Assembly (NCBI GenBank): GCA_965603825.1
Contig: CBFDEM010000039.1
Location: 62,001 to 126,000, forward strand
From: Blepharisma stoltei ATCC 30299
Lineage: Eukaryota; Protista; Ciliophora
DNA length: 64,000 bases
Reading direction: 5' to 3'
The notes beneath the pieces are model-generated. The model was given only the letters and a program-made list of their open reading frames with translations, searched no databases and was not told the DNA's origin. Numbering within the stretch: the stretch's first letter is position 1; each line of letters starts with the position of its first letter. The position numbers and the translations under genes were made by a program. Below, in pieces: positions 11,735-26,200 of this stretch.

Positions 11735-12556
11735 ATGGAAAATAATTTAGAAGATTTTGATTTCGAGCTCCCAGAAGATATTGACAATGTTTTGCTTAAT
11801 TTGGCTGTGCAGGATGAAGAAAACTATAAAGAGTTTTTAGTGCCTGTATCTTACACAAAAAATAGGCTTGTACAAGCTCAGCCTTTCTTTTACAAGTAAA
11901 AATTATCCAGCCCTTATATGACATCAAAGCCAGATGACACCGAAATTGACTCAGAAAATCGGCCAATAAAATCAATCTCAATCCCATATGAAGAGTCTAA
12001 CATCCCTACTATGCCACTCTGCAAGCCACCGATGAAAAAAGGTGAATTTTTCATGGAAAAAGTTTCCTCATTTTTCAGAGAAAGGCCGATATGGTTAAAA
12101 AATGCTATGATTCAGTCTTTATCTGAAGAAAATTTATCCCAAAACCATCTAAAACAGTATATTCTATACAGTTTACTTGCATCTTTATCATATAGCTATG
12201 AAAGTGGCCCGTGGAGAAATGCATATGTAAGATTTGGCTATAATCCTCGAGAACACCCTGAAAGTGTCTGCTTCCAAGTCATTGATTTCCGCACACGTGA
12301 AGATATCATGACTTCTTCATCTAAAGGCCCTTATGACCACACCTTTTCAACTTTACCCAAACAGCAGGGACAGCTATATCAGCTAAGTGACATTCAAAAT
12401 GACCAAATAAAAGACATTTTGGTTGACCAAGAATCATTATCGCCAGTTTGCACAGTAAAAAATATATAGAAAAGAACGGGCTGGCTAACTAAAAAAGCGT
12501 ATGAAGATATAAGGAAGATTTTGAAGGAAATGTATAATATGCTTAAATTAGAATAA
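11735..12556 (+). CDS. GTF3C5: RNA polymerase III transcription factor TFIIIC subunit Tau95/Tfc1-like; two 15-nt introns
   Basis: FRERPIW, SYSYESGPWRNAYVRFGYNPR, QVIDFR, YQLSDI; splicing the second intron restores CTKRTGW. Confidence 0.8.
11896..11910 (+). other. 15-nt intron GTAAAAATTATCCAG
   Basis: GT..AG, A10, removes in-frame TAA. Confidence 0.85.
12455..12469 (+). other. 15-nt intron GTAAAAAATATATAG
   Basis: GT..AG, A10, removes in-frame TAG and restores a conserved GW motif. Confidence 0.85.
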
Positions 12557-12591
12557 ATTTATTATTTTAGAATATTATTTCACAAAGAAAG

Positions 12592-15500
12592 CTAGCTTTC
12601 TTGCTGGTTAGCTTGGTCTGACCGTCTTTCAAGATCTGCAAGATATAGTGATTTCATATCAGGATATCTTTCGACTGGGAACTCAATTTTATCACGTGGC
12701 ATCTGGATAAGTGAATATTTCAATTTTCCATCATTTGGGTCAATATATGCACCTCTTATTAATGCTTCATTTGGCAGGATATTTTGCGGGAGCTCATCTT
12801 TTCTGTATTTATTTCTTAAATATGGGACAGATTTAATAATAATATCAATCGCAGCTTTTGTCATATAATAAAGCCAATATAAAATAAAATATAAATTTCC
12901 TATGATAATAAAAACAAATAACAACACTCGAGAAATCTCTTCAATATCATCAGTTAAATAATAAAGTCCGCAATAAATTGTAAAAGTTGATATTAAAATA
13001 GCTTGGGTTTCCATATTATTTAGATGGCTTAAAATATAAGGACGCTGATTAGACTGTGCTGCAAAAGAGATCAATAAAATAAATAAAACTGTAAGAGCTT
13101 GAATTTGTTTGGAAAATATAAAAACTGCTATACAAATTATTGTGATTTTTCTATATAAAATCAAAAATTCCCAGTAATACCTATTTCTTCTATAGCCTAT
13201 AAATAAAAATCCAAATTTAAGCATATTTTTACGCTTCGACAGTTTTTTTCTACTTTTGAACATAATTAATAGCACAATTGCAGGCATTGTGAGTCCCCAA
13301 ATAATTATGCTCGGCAAGCCGATTAAAAGTGCATAATATAAGTGCTTGCCTTCCCAGCATTTAATTTCTAAGTTTTGTTGGAGCCAGAACCCTAGCCCAT
13401 CAATATGTTCACAAGAAAACATCCCAAACATAGCTACAATAATATTTGGATGGACTATGAATAGCAAAACTACCATACTTGCTATGAGCTCTCTTCTTAG
13501 TACATTCCATCTTTTCGTTTTATAAGCAACTCCTAGCCATATAAAAAATGCTCCTGCTCATAGGATGAGAGGTAAAACAGCCAGCACAATAATTCTCTGG
13601 TAATACGAATTTTCCAATGAAGCCCCATTCTGTCTTAAAAAACACTCAGGAGAAAAAATTTGGCTTGATATAGTAGCAGTGTTCGATTGTATGTTAAAAA
13701 GCTCAGTAACATAGTCAGGCCACTTTAAATTAAACTGGGTTATTAAAAACACAAGTTGAATATAATTTGTGAATATTTTTAAATACACCGAATAAACATT
13801 TTGTGGCTGATATGCTGATTCCAAAGTAGATTTTACGATAACTGCACATGCTAAAAGTAAAACAGTTCCAATTAAAATAAGAACAATTATATTTCCAGCT
13901 TCCCCAGGACATTTAATACAGATATTATTTGAAGTCCCAGAGTAGCCTTCATCACAAGCTTGGCACATATGCCCATAATAGACTGTTTCGCATGATCCTG
14001 TCAGATCATTATTATCAGCTGACCCTGCACATGCGTTACTATTAGGACAATTATAAATTTTATCTGATTTCCCTGACGATCTCCAATATCCAGACTTCAT
14101 TAATAAAACAGACCCTCCAAGACATTTGGCTCCATCAGGGCAAGCCTTACATTCAGTGCTAGGATTTAAGCTGTATTTTCCTTTTTCACATTTTTGGCAG
14201 GTAGATCCTGTATCATATTCTCCTGATGTGCAATTTCTCAGCATAATTCGTAACACAACTGTGCCGTAATAGTTTGTGAAGTCATTGGAGGATATCTGCT
14301 TTTCTGGGTCAATTGAAGAGGTCGAGATTTCTATCATGGCGATGGATCCTGGGGTTTCGGAAATAATGAAATTTGAGAAGTTAAAAATACCATGCTGCGC
14401 AATTATTTCTGTGACGCCGGAAATAGCAGTTGTGGAATTATAGGCCTTTAAATTACCAATACTTGTACTATCAGTATTTACTAGATTACCATACTGATCT
14501 ATTAGTTCAATTTTAAGTGGCTGTGGGAACACTTGCCCTGGGGCTACATTTATAATGGTCCCTACAATCGGAATTCCATCTATATAGTTATCTGCAAGAT
14601 ATCTTCCTGGAAAAGGGGTCACCATTTGCATAGTGACAGGGTAGCTTGCAATATCATTCCCATATTCAGCAAAATTATTATACCAAATATTGCTCGAATT
14701 TATTATGGGCCTTGTCCCATCCCATTTTATTGCTCCACCCTCAATTCCAGCTATATTTGAATAAAATATGTTTCCTTCTTGAATCTCATACGTTGCGCCG
14801 AAGCTGTTTCTTAAAAATGCAGCCCCTCCAGTTGAATTTGCATAATTTTCTAGAAATATACTTTTAGTAAAATTAATTGAAACACTGTCTGAGTAAATTG
14901 CTCCACCGAAATAAGCTGAATTATACAAAAAATAAGTATTGGTAATATTATAAGGGATAATTTCTAGATTTTGATCTTGCCTTTCGAAAAAAATAGCTGC
15001 CCCAAGAGTTCATGCTGTATTATTTGCAAATGTAACTGTATCCATATTACATGATAAGGTGTTGGTTGAATATAATACACCTCCATAATCTCCGAGGCCA
15101 TATCTAAATAAAGTATTGTCTATATTAATCCTTGATAAGCCAAAAGCATAAATTCCTGTAGCATTAAAAGTTTCGAATGAACTATGAGAAATATCTAAGG
15201 TCCCCGAATTGGAATAAATTATGCCGCCTGATAAAAGAGCAAAGGAATTATTAAATTCTGAGCCTTTTATAACTATGCTAGCCCCAGTTATACCATTGAT
15301 TACTCCTCCTTGCTGAGATAAGTTGTCTGAAAATAGCGAATTTGTAATATTTAAAGAACTCAGTAAGATTAAAATAGCTCCTCCTTGTTCAGAAGTTCCA
15401 TTTCGCATCTCAGAATTTTCAATTGTAGCTTCACTGACAGTGCTTAAATAGAGAAAAGAACCCATCGTTCCATATTGGTTTTCAAACAAGGTTGCATTTA

Positions 15501-18500
15501 TATATATTTTAGCTGCATTTGCATTAATTCCAGGAATTACAGAGCCGCTTAAATTTTCTGAAAAATAGCAATAAATAATATTCAAAATCGAGTTAATTAC
15601 TTCAATATTTGCTCCTAATTGTGAATAATTATTCATAATTGTAGTATTATAAATCGTGCTCACCTGCTGTGAACCTTGAATATTTGCCACTGAGCCTGGC
15701 GAGCTTACGTTATTTCTTACAATTGAAGAATCTTGTATAGTTATTGATGACTGCTGATCAACGACAATTGTAGAATCAATAGAATTTGACAGAAATTGGC
15801 AGTTTGTACATGCAAGTGTACTTGAAAGTGTGATATATGCAGAGGTTCCTTCATTATTTAGAAATGTCGCATTGGTTATTGTTGCTTGGCCATAATCACT
15901 TATTTTCAATGAGTTATAATTTTTATAAAAATATAAATTATTTCCAATTACAACTGATTTTGAGACATAAAGGCTTACAGGATAAGTCTGAGTAAAATTA
16001 GTGTTTTCTATTCAAATTGTGGTGCCCAAAGTCCATGAACTTATATACATCGTCATCCCATCACAAGTGCAATTATCAAAAGACGTATTAAAAATTCCTA
16101 ATATAAGTCCATCTGATGAATAAAGGCCTTGAAACCCACAGTAAATCCCTTTGTTTTGTTTTGCTTGATAATTATCGATTAAAAGAAACCCATTATAATG
16201 CCCATCGAATAACACAGCTCCATTTTCTGACCATGAGCTGGTAATATTGATATTTTTTATAGTCGCATTATGAAAAGAAATTCTGTTTGATATATAAATT
16301 CCGGCTCCGTTACTACTTCGGCATGAATCTATAGAGATATCAGAAATAAAGATGTCAATAGCTACGTTTCAGCTGACACTTTCTATATAAATTGCTCCAC
16401 CTACACCACTTAGCGCAGTGCAATTGGTAAAAGAAGAATTGGTCAGCTGTAATACAGGATAAGCAAGATTCAAAAATTTAGGAGAATATCCTAAAGCGCC
16501 ACCATTTCCACTGAATGTTTCGCAGTTTTCACATGTAAAATCTGTTATATTTAGATAAATGATTCTATCGAAATTTAAAGCCCCTTCAAATCCAGTAAGA
16601 ACATTAAGGGCATAAATGGTATTTATTGTAAAATTGTTAGAATCAGAAACCCTCAGTCCTCCTCCACTCGGATATGCGATTTCTGAAAAATAAAGTGAAT
16701 AAATTTCCATAGTTCCAGCTATATTTTTCATTTCTATAGCAGCTCCAGAGGAAATATTATTATTCATATCATAAACTGTTGTGTGATTCAAGTAAGAATC
16801 CCCATCTCCATCAGATATATAAATACCTCCCGAATTAGCTTTGCAGGTACTATTTCGTATATAAGTGTCAGTTATTGAAATTCTATAAGGGTGAGTAATA
16901 TGGATTCCATAGGTACAGCTTGCGTCTGCAATTTCATAGTCAAATAAAGGGTGTAGTATATAAGAATCAGGATCATTAATTATCTGCTCAAGTACCTGAT
17001 CATTTGGTGCTAGTTTATAGCCGTCACCTGAATTCTCCACATTTAAATTTGATATTTTTACATTCGGCATCTGTCCTATATGTAGCAAATAATATCCACT
17101 ATACACATAATTGATATTTACGCTAGTCACATTTATTGATCTTTTGTTTATTATAACTGAAGCTCTTACCCCTGCACTTGTGACATAACTAACCTCTCCG
17201 TCATATTCAGATTTTGTCAGTTTATTTTGACTATCAATATATAAAAGCCCGTTTCCTCCTGCTGTGATGTTGGAGAAATTGACGGTGTCTATGTTGATAT
17301 TTTGGGTAGCATGTCCCATTAGATGAGTTATAAGTGTCAAATAGCTGTAAATAGAAAGAATTTGGGTATTTGTAAGTGAAAAAGCGATTTGGTCATATAC
17401 ATGGGCTGTGTAGGTTTTATCAAGATCATAGTCTGTGTATGCTAAAGATTGGGAGTCTATATAAATTAAATAATTCACCAGATTTATGCCAAACCAGCAG
17501 TTATCAATGGTAACAACTCCTATAGAGTTGATAATTTCTATAAATTTATTGAAATTGTTAGCAGAAAACCCGCTGATTGCCATGTTGTACTCAAAAGTGA
17601 CATTATATATAATGACACTATCTATGCCATTTGAATAAAAAAATCCGCTTTGTTCTAAGCCATCTCGGTACTCGTAGCCTCAGTTTATATAGTAAACACT
17701 GCCAGTATTAAAATTAAAAGACACTCCTTTACAATTTGTAAGACAGTTCATCACAATAATTGCTGACTGAGGTAAAGGACTAGCCTGCATCCTATAAAAA
17801 GTAACGTTAGTAAGGTTAACAGACCCCATTGACATAATAAAAGCTTTATACTGCTCTTGAAAATTCGTAATAAATGAACTGGAAATTTCCAATGATGAGC
17901 CACTGTCGACTTGGATAATAATTAAATCATAATTATCTGTGCAATTTTGAGGAAAATCTGTAATGTTTTTGATTATATAATATTGGTCGTTCATATATCA
18001 TTTTCCATCAGGTGTTAAAAAATAGGGGCAATAGGTGCAGTTTTTGAAGGTGCAGTTCGGCTTTAATGATTTTTGGCCTGATAAATAGATGTCGCTGATG
18101 ACTAATTTTTTGGCATTGGAGTGGATCATCATGCGGGGTTCTTCAAAAGAAATCATTGCTGGGTTGTTCTTATTAGCGCTTTGAATGATGATTAGTTTCC
18201 AGTTTAGGTTGATGCTTCTCATTAAAGGGTCATAAGGGCTTTGTGCAAGGGGGTTTTGGTAGCTAGGTCTTAAATAAGGATGGCTATCGTTGAAGAGATT
18301 AATTTTTGTATATTTTTGAGAAACATGCATAAACGCATATGAAAGAGAGTTATACGGATTTTTTTCAGTCCCACTTCCTATATTATCAGTCTCATTTTTA
18401 TTTGGAGCTCTCACTCAAATATTTTCGAAAAATTTATGGTTGTTATTTTTAGGAACTGGTAAGCACAAATCCCAAGCAGTAAAATTTTCATATTTCATAA

Positions 18501-19779
18501 ACCCAGGAGGGCATGATATATTAGCTATACAATTCCCACAAACTTGTAGCCCGTTGCACTGAATGCATTGATTTATATCTTCTCCACACCTCATGCATCC
18601 ATTTGAACACGTATCTTTATCAGTTAAATACCCCATACAAAGCCCACACTCCTTAATATCACATTCCTGATTTTGGCCACATTTTTTTCCTTTATTTTCC
18701 TTTCTCATTATATCTTCAGTACATTTTTCATTTTTTTCCATACAGGTCGAATTTTGAAAATAAGCTGACTGGTTATTTGTTATGACTTGGTAAATAATTG
18801 ATCTTTGGATATAAAAATCGTCATTGCAGACTCCATAATTATATAAGCAGCTTGGTACAAGGCAGCTTTCTTTGCATGGGTCAGACATGTCTCATACTCA
18901 ATCCTGCATTGTAAAATTGTAATAAGAGCTGCACCCTGGGGCACACCCACAGTCTCCATAATCATACTCACAGTCAAAATTATTGCATTTTTCATCACAA
19001 GTCCCGTCGCCAAGCATACTATTAAAACACCCACTTGCACAATCTCCACAGATTTTATTTTTAAAATTACAATTTTTATTATCACAAGGGTCATTTTCCT
19101 TACAATCTATCTCATTTAATGCAGTTTCAGTACAGTTCGGGGAACATAAGCAGTCTCCATTATCTCAATTGCAGTCTTCATTATTGCAGACTATATCACA
19201 AACAGTATCATTTAAGTAGTCAGGCGGGCAATCTGGGGCACAAAATTTATCTGTGCATTTATAGTTCCCATATAGGCATTCTTTATTATCACATTCCTTT
19301 TTGCATTCCGTTGAATTTCCATATAAATCATCTTTAAAACAGCTTTCAGCACATCATCCACAGTCATTATTATCATACATGCAAGCACGAGTATTGCATT
19401 CTTCATCACAAACTCCATCGCCTAGCATATTTTCAAAGCAATTTTGATTGCAAAAACCACAGTCGCCTAATTCTCAGCCACATTCAGCAGTATTACAGTT
19501 GTTATTTTCGCAGATTCCATTGGAAAGTTCAGTGGTGTTGCAGCCATTTTGGACGCAGAAGTCAAAGCAGTCTGATTTGGAAAATCTTTCTTCGTATGTT
19601 AAAGTGGACATATCGTAAGAATCGTAGTTGCAAGGGGCTGACATACAGAGAGGGTCACAGATGCCGTCATTTAGATTATAGTAAGAACAAAAGGAGCCAT
19701 CTGTAAAGCAGCTATAAGGGTAAGTGGTATTTACATATGCGGATTGGGAAAAAAGAAATTGCAGCAGAAAGATGAGCAT
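12592..19779 (-). CDS. Giant surface/multi-pass membrane protein, copy A (~2395 aa): signal peptide, LNR/Notch-like repeats, GGAI/FxxN beta-helix, Cys-rich stalk, ~9 TM
   Basis: Nine track ORFs share one frame and are separated only by TGA; 7188 nt from ATG to TAG. Confidence 0.9.
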
Positions 19780-20105
19780 TAATAAAGGCTAATTAATAAA
19801 TCTGATCAGAAAGTTTTGTATTAAAAAATGCGTTTGTGAATTATTTTAATATATATATGCTATATAGAATATGAGCAGCATTATTAATGAAAATAGCAAT
19901 TAAAAGCAATAAAATATAATAGCGAAAAACAATTTTAATTATTTTTCTATATTATATAATACGATAATGCAAAAGAAATAAGCTAGAACTGCAATAAGGA
20001 CCGCTTTCATATGAATTCGGTTTTTAGGCTCATGAAAGAGCTGAATTTGCACATTAATGTGATATTTTGGCTATATATAAACATTTTTTCCGCATAAAAA
20101 ATTTT

Positions 20106-20182
20106 TAATAAGCGCAATTCTTATCATGAAAAGCAATTATCTGAAGCTTCATTCATAGGAAGTACTCCTATGCATAAATATA
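20106..20182 (+). pseudogene. 77-nt orphan fragment of the SPICE1-like gene at the duplication junction
   Basis: Ungapped match to 28694-28770 with 5 mismatches by manual alignment. Confidence 0.9.
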
Positions 20183-20270
20183 CTAAGGATTCTATCCTTT
20201 AAGGAAATGTATAATATGCTTAAATTAGAATATTTTTATGATTTTTAGAATATTATTTCATAGAGAAAAG

Positions 20271-23200
20271 CTAGCTTTCTTGCTGGTTAGCTTGGTCTGA
20301 CCGTCTTTCAAGATCTGCAAGATATAGTGAATTCATATCAGGATATCTTTCGACTGGATACTCGATTCTTTCACTTGGCAGCTGGATAAGTGAATATTTC
20401 AATTTTCCATCATTTGGGTCGATATATGCACCTCTTATTAATGCTTCATTTGGCAGGATATTTTGCGGGAGCTCATCTTTTCTGTATTTAATTCTTAAAT
20501 ATGGCACAGATTTAACAATAATATCAATCGCAGCTTTTGTCATATAGTAAAGCCAATATAAAATAAAATATAAATTTCCTATGATAATAAAAACAAATAG
20601 CAGCACTCGTGAAACCTCTTCAATATCATCTGTTAAATAATAAAGTCCGCAATAAATTGTAAAAGTTGCTATTAAAACAGCTTGGGTTTCCATATTATTT
20701 AGATGGCTTAAAGTATAAGGACGCTGATTAGACTGTGCTGCAAAAGAGATCAATAAAATAAATAAAACTGTAAGAGCTTGAATTTGTTTGGAAAATATAA
20801 AAACTGCTAAACAAATTATTGTGATTTTTCTATATAAAATCAAAAATTCTCAGTAATACCTATTTCTTCTATAGCCTATAAATAAAAATCCAAATTTAAG
20901 CATATTTTTACGCTTCGACAGTTTTTTTCTACTTTTGAACATAATTAATAGCACAATTGCAGGCATGGTGAGTCCCCAAACAATTATGCTCGGCAAGCCG
21001 ACTAAAAGCGAATAATATAAGTGCTTGCCTTCCCAGCATTTAATTTCTAAGTTTTGTTGGAGCCAGAACCCTAGCCCATCAATATATTCACAAGAAAACA
21101 TCCCAAACATAGCTACAATAATATTTGGATGGACCATGAACAGCAAAACTACCATACTTGCTATGAGCTCTCTTTTCAATACATTCCATCTTTTCGTTTT
21201 ATAAGCAATTCCTAGCCATATAAAAAATGCTCCTGTCCATAGTATTATAGGTAAAATAGCCAGCATAATGATTCTCTGGTAATACGAATTTTCTAATGAT
21301 GCCCCATACTGTCTTAAAAAACACTCAGGAGAAAAAATTTGGCTTGATATAGTAGCAGTGTTTGATTGTATGTTAAAAAGCTCAGTAACATAATCAGGCC
21401 ACTGTAAATTAAACTGGGTCGTTAAAAACACAAGCTGGACATAATTTGTGAATATTTTTAAATACACCGAATAAACATTTTGTGGCTGATATGCTGATTC
21501 CAAAGTAGATTTTACGATAACTGCACATGCTAAAAGTAAAACAGTTCCAATTAAAATAAGAACAATTATATTTCCAGCTTCCCCAGGACATTTAATACAG
21601 ATATTATTTGAAGTCCCAGAGTAGCCTTTATCACAAGCTTGGCACATGTGCCCATAATAGCCTGTTTCGCATGATCCTGTCAGATCATTATTATCAGCTG
21701 ACCCTGCACATGCGTTATTATTAGGACAATTATAAATTGTATCAGATTTCCCGGACGATCTCCAATATCCAGGCTTCATTAATAAAACAGACCCTCCAGG
21801 ACAAATGGCTCCATCAGGACAAGCTTTACATTCAGTGCTAGGATTTAAGCTGTATTTTCCTTTTTCACATTTTTGGCAGGTAGATCCTGTATCGAATTCT
21901 CCTGATGTGCAATTTCTCAGCATAATTTGTAATATGACTGTGCTGTAATAATTTGTGAAGTCATTGGAGGATATCTGCTTTTCCGGGTCAATTGAAGAGG
22001 TTGAGATTTCTATCATGGCGATGGATCCTGGGGTTTCGGAAATAATGAAATTTGAAAAGTTAAAAATACCATGCTGCGCTATTGTTTCTGTGGTGCCGGA
22101 AATAGCAGTTGTGGAATTATATGCCTTTAAATTACCACTGCTCGTATTATCAGTAGTTACTAGATTGCCATACTGATCTCTTAGCTCAATTTTAAGTGAC
22201 TGCGGGAACACCTGCCCTGGGGCCACATTTATAATAGTCCCTACAATCGGAATTCCATCTATATATTTATCTGCAAGATATCTTCCTGAAAAAGGAGTCG
22301 CCATTTGCATAGTGACAGGGTAGCTTGCAATATCATTCCCATATTCAGCAGAATTATTATATCAAATATTGCTCGAATCTATTACAGGCCTTGTCCCATC
22401 CCATTTTATTGCTCCACCCTCTACTCCAGCTAGATTTGAATAAAACATGTTTCCTTCTTGAAACTGATACGTTCCGCCTAATGTGCTTCTTAAATATACA
22501 GCCCCTCCGCTTGAATTTGCATAATTTTCTTGAAATATACTTTTATTAAAATTAATTGAAACACTTTCTGAGTAAATTGCTCCACCGTAATAAGCTGAAT
22601 TATTCAAAAAATAAGTATTGGTAAGATTATAAGGGACAATTCCTTGAATTCCATCTTGTCTTTCGAAAAAAATAGCTGCCCCAGCAATTGATGCTGTATT
22701 ATTTTCAAATACAACTGTATTCATATTGCATGATAAGGTGCTGGTTGAATATAATACACCTCCATAAATGCCAAGGCCATATTTAAATAAAGTATTGCTT
22801 ATATTGATACTTGATAAGCCAATAGCATAAATTCCTGTAGCATTAAAAGTGTCGAATAAACTATTAGAAATATCTAAGGTCCCCGAATTGGAATAAATTA
22901 TGCCGCCTGATGAAAAAGCAAAGGAATTTTTAAACTCTGAGCCATTTATAACTATGTTAGCCCCAGTTATACCATTGATTACTCCTCCTTGCTGAGATAA
23001 GTTGTCTGAAAATAGCGAATTTGTAATATTTAAAGAACTCAGTAAGATTAAAATAGCTCCTCCTTGTTCAGAAGTTCCATTTCGCATCACAGAATTTTCA
23101 ATTGTAGCTTCACTGACAGTGCTTAAATAGAGAAAAGAACCCATCGTTCCATATTGGTTTTCGAGCAAGGTTGTATTTATATATATTCTAGCTGCATTTG

Positions 23201-26200
23201 CATTAATTCCAGGAGTTACAGAGCCGCTTAAATTTTCTGAAAAATAGCAATAAATAATATTCAAAATCGAATTTATTACTTCAATATTTGCTCCTAATTG
23301 TGAATAATTATTCATAATTGTAGTATTATAAATCGTGCTCACCTGCTGTGAACCTTGAATGTTTGCAACTGAGCCTGGCGAGAGTACGTTATTTCCTACA
23401 ATTAAAGAATTTTGTATAGTTATTGATGACTGCTGGTCAACGACAATTGTAGAATCAATAGAATTTGACAGAAATTGGCAGTTTGTACATGCAAGGGTAC
23501 TTGCAAATGTGATATATGCAGAGGTTCCTTCATTATTTAGAAATTTCGCATTGGTTATTGTTGCTTGGCCGTAGTCAGTTACTTTCAATGAGTTATAATT
23601 TTTATAAAAATATAAATTATTTCCAATTACAAATGATTTGGAGACATAAAGACTTACAGGAGAAGTCTGAGTAAAATTAGTGTTTTCTATTCAAATTGTG
23701 GTGCCCCAAGTCCATGAACTTATATACATCGTCATCCCATCACAAGTGCAATTATCAAAAGACGTATTAAAAATTCCTAATATAAATCCATCTGATGAAT
23801 AAAGGCCTTGAAACCCACAGTAAAGCCCTTCATTTTGTTTTGCTTGATAATTATCGATTAAAAGAAACCCATTATAATGCCCATCGAATAGCACAGCTCC
23901 ATTTTCTGACCACGAGCTGGTAATATTGATATTTTTTATAGTCGCATTATGAAAAGAAATTCTGTTTGATATATAAATTCCTGCTCCGTTGCTACTTCGG
24001 CATGAGTCTATAGAGATATCAGAAATAAAGATGTCAATAGCTACATTTCAGCTGACACTTTCTATATAAATTGATCCACCTACACCACGTAGCGCAGTGC
24101 AATTGGTAAAAGAAGATTTGGTCAGCTGTAATGCAGGATAAGCAAGATTAGAGAATTTAGGGGAATATCCTAAAGCGCCACCATTTCCACAGAATGATTC
24201 GCAGTTTTCACATGTAAAATCTGTTATATTTAGATATATGATTCTATTGAAATTTAAAGTCCCTTCAAATCCAGTAAGAACATTAAGGGCATAAATGTTA
24301 TTTATTGTAAAATTGTTAGAGTCAGAAACTCTTAGTCCTCCTCCACTCGGATATGCAATTTCTGAAAAATAAAGTGAATAAATTTCCATAGTTCCAGCTA
24401 TATTTTTCATTTCTATAGCAGCTCCAGAGGAAATATTATTACTCATATCATAAACTGTTGTGCGGTTCAAGTAAGAATCCCCATCTCCATCAGATATATA
24501 AATACCTCCCGAATTAGCTTTGCAGGTACTATTTCGTATATAAGTGTCAGTTATTGAAATTCTATAAGGCTGAGTAATATGGATCCCATAGGTGCAGCTT
24601 GCGTCTGCAATTTGATAGTAAAATAAAGGATATATTATATAAGAATAAGGATCATTAATTATCTGCACAATTACCTGATCATTTGGTGCTAGTTTATAGC
24701 CGTCACCTGAATTCTCCACGTTTAAATTTGATATTTTAACATTCGGCATCTGTCCTATATGCATCAAATAATATCCACTATACACATAATTGATATTCAC
24801 GTTAGTCACATTTATTGATCTTTTGTTTATTATAACTGATACTCTTACCCCTCCACTTGTGACATAACTAATGTCTCCGTCATATTCAGATTTTGTCAGT
24901 TTATTTTGACTGTCAATATACAAAAGTCCGCTTCCTCCTGCTGTGATGTTGGAGAAATTGACGGTGTCTATGTTGATATTTTGGGTAACATGCCCCATTA
25001 GATGAGTTATGAGTGTTAAATAGCTGTAAATAGAAAGAATTTGGGTATTTGTAAGTGAAAAAGCGATTTGGTCATATACACGGGCTGTGTAGGTTCTATC
25101 AAGATCATAGTCTGTGTATGCTAAAGATTGGGAGTCTATGTAAATTAAATAATTCACCAGATTTATGCCAAATCAGCAGTTATCAATGGTAACAACTCCT
25201 ATAGAGTTGATAATTTCTATAAATTTATTGAAATTGTTAGCGGAATTCCCACTGATAGCCATGTTGTACTCAAAAGTGACATTATATATAATGACACTAT
25301 CTATGCCATTTGAATAGAAAAATCCGCTTTGTTCTAAGTCATCTCGGTACTCGTAGCCTCAGTTTATATAGTAAACGCCGCCAGTATTAAAATTAAAAGA
25401 CACTCCTTTACAATTTGTAAGACAGTTCATCACAATAATTGCTGACTGAGGTAAAGGACTAGCCTGCATCCTATAAAAAGTAACGTTAGTAAGGTTGACA
25501 GCCCCCATTGACATAATAAAAGCTTTGTACTGCTCTTGAAAATACATAATAAATGAACTGGAAATTTCCAATGATGAGCCACTGTCGACTTGGATAATAA
25601 TTAAATCATAATTATCTGTGCAATTTTGAGGAAAATCTGTAATGTTTTTGACTATATAATACTGGTCGTCTCTATATCATTTTCCATCAGGTGTAAAAAG
25701 ATAGGGGCAATAAGTGCAGTTGCTGAAGGTACAGTTTGGCTTTAATGATTCTATGCCTGATAAATAGATGTCGCTGATGACTAATTTTTTGGCGTTGGAA
25801 TGGATCATCATGCGGGGGTCTTCAAAAGAAATTATTGCTGGGTTGCTCTTATCAACGCTTTGAATGATGATTTGTTCCCAGTTTAGGTCAATGCTTCTCA
25901 TTAAAGGGTCATAAGGGCTTTGTGCAAGGGGGTTTTGGTAGCTGGGTCTTAAATAAGGATGGCTACCGTTGAAGAGATTTATTTTTGTATATTTTTGAGA
26001 AACATGCATAAACGCATATGAAAGAGAGTTATAAGGATCTTTTTCAGTCCCAATTCCTATTTTATCAGTCTCATTTTGATTAGGAGCTCTCACTCAAATA
26101 TTTTCAAAAAGTCTTTGGCTATTGTTTTTCGGTACTGGTAAGCACATATCCCAAGCAGTAAAATTTTCATATTTCATAAACCCAGGAGGACATGATATAT

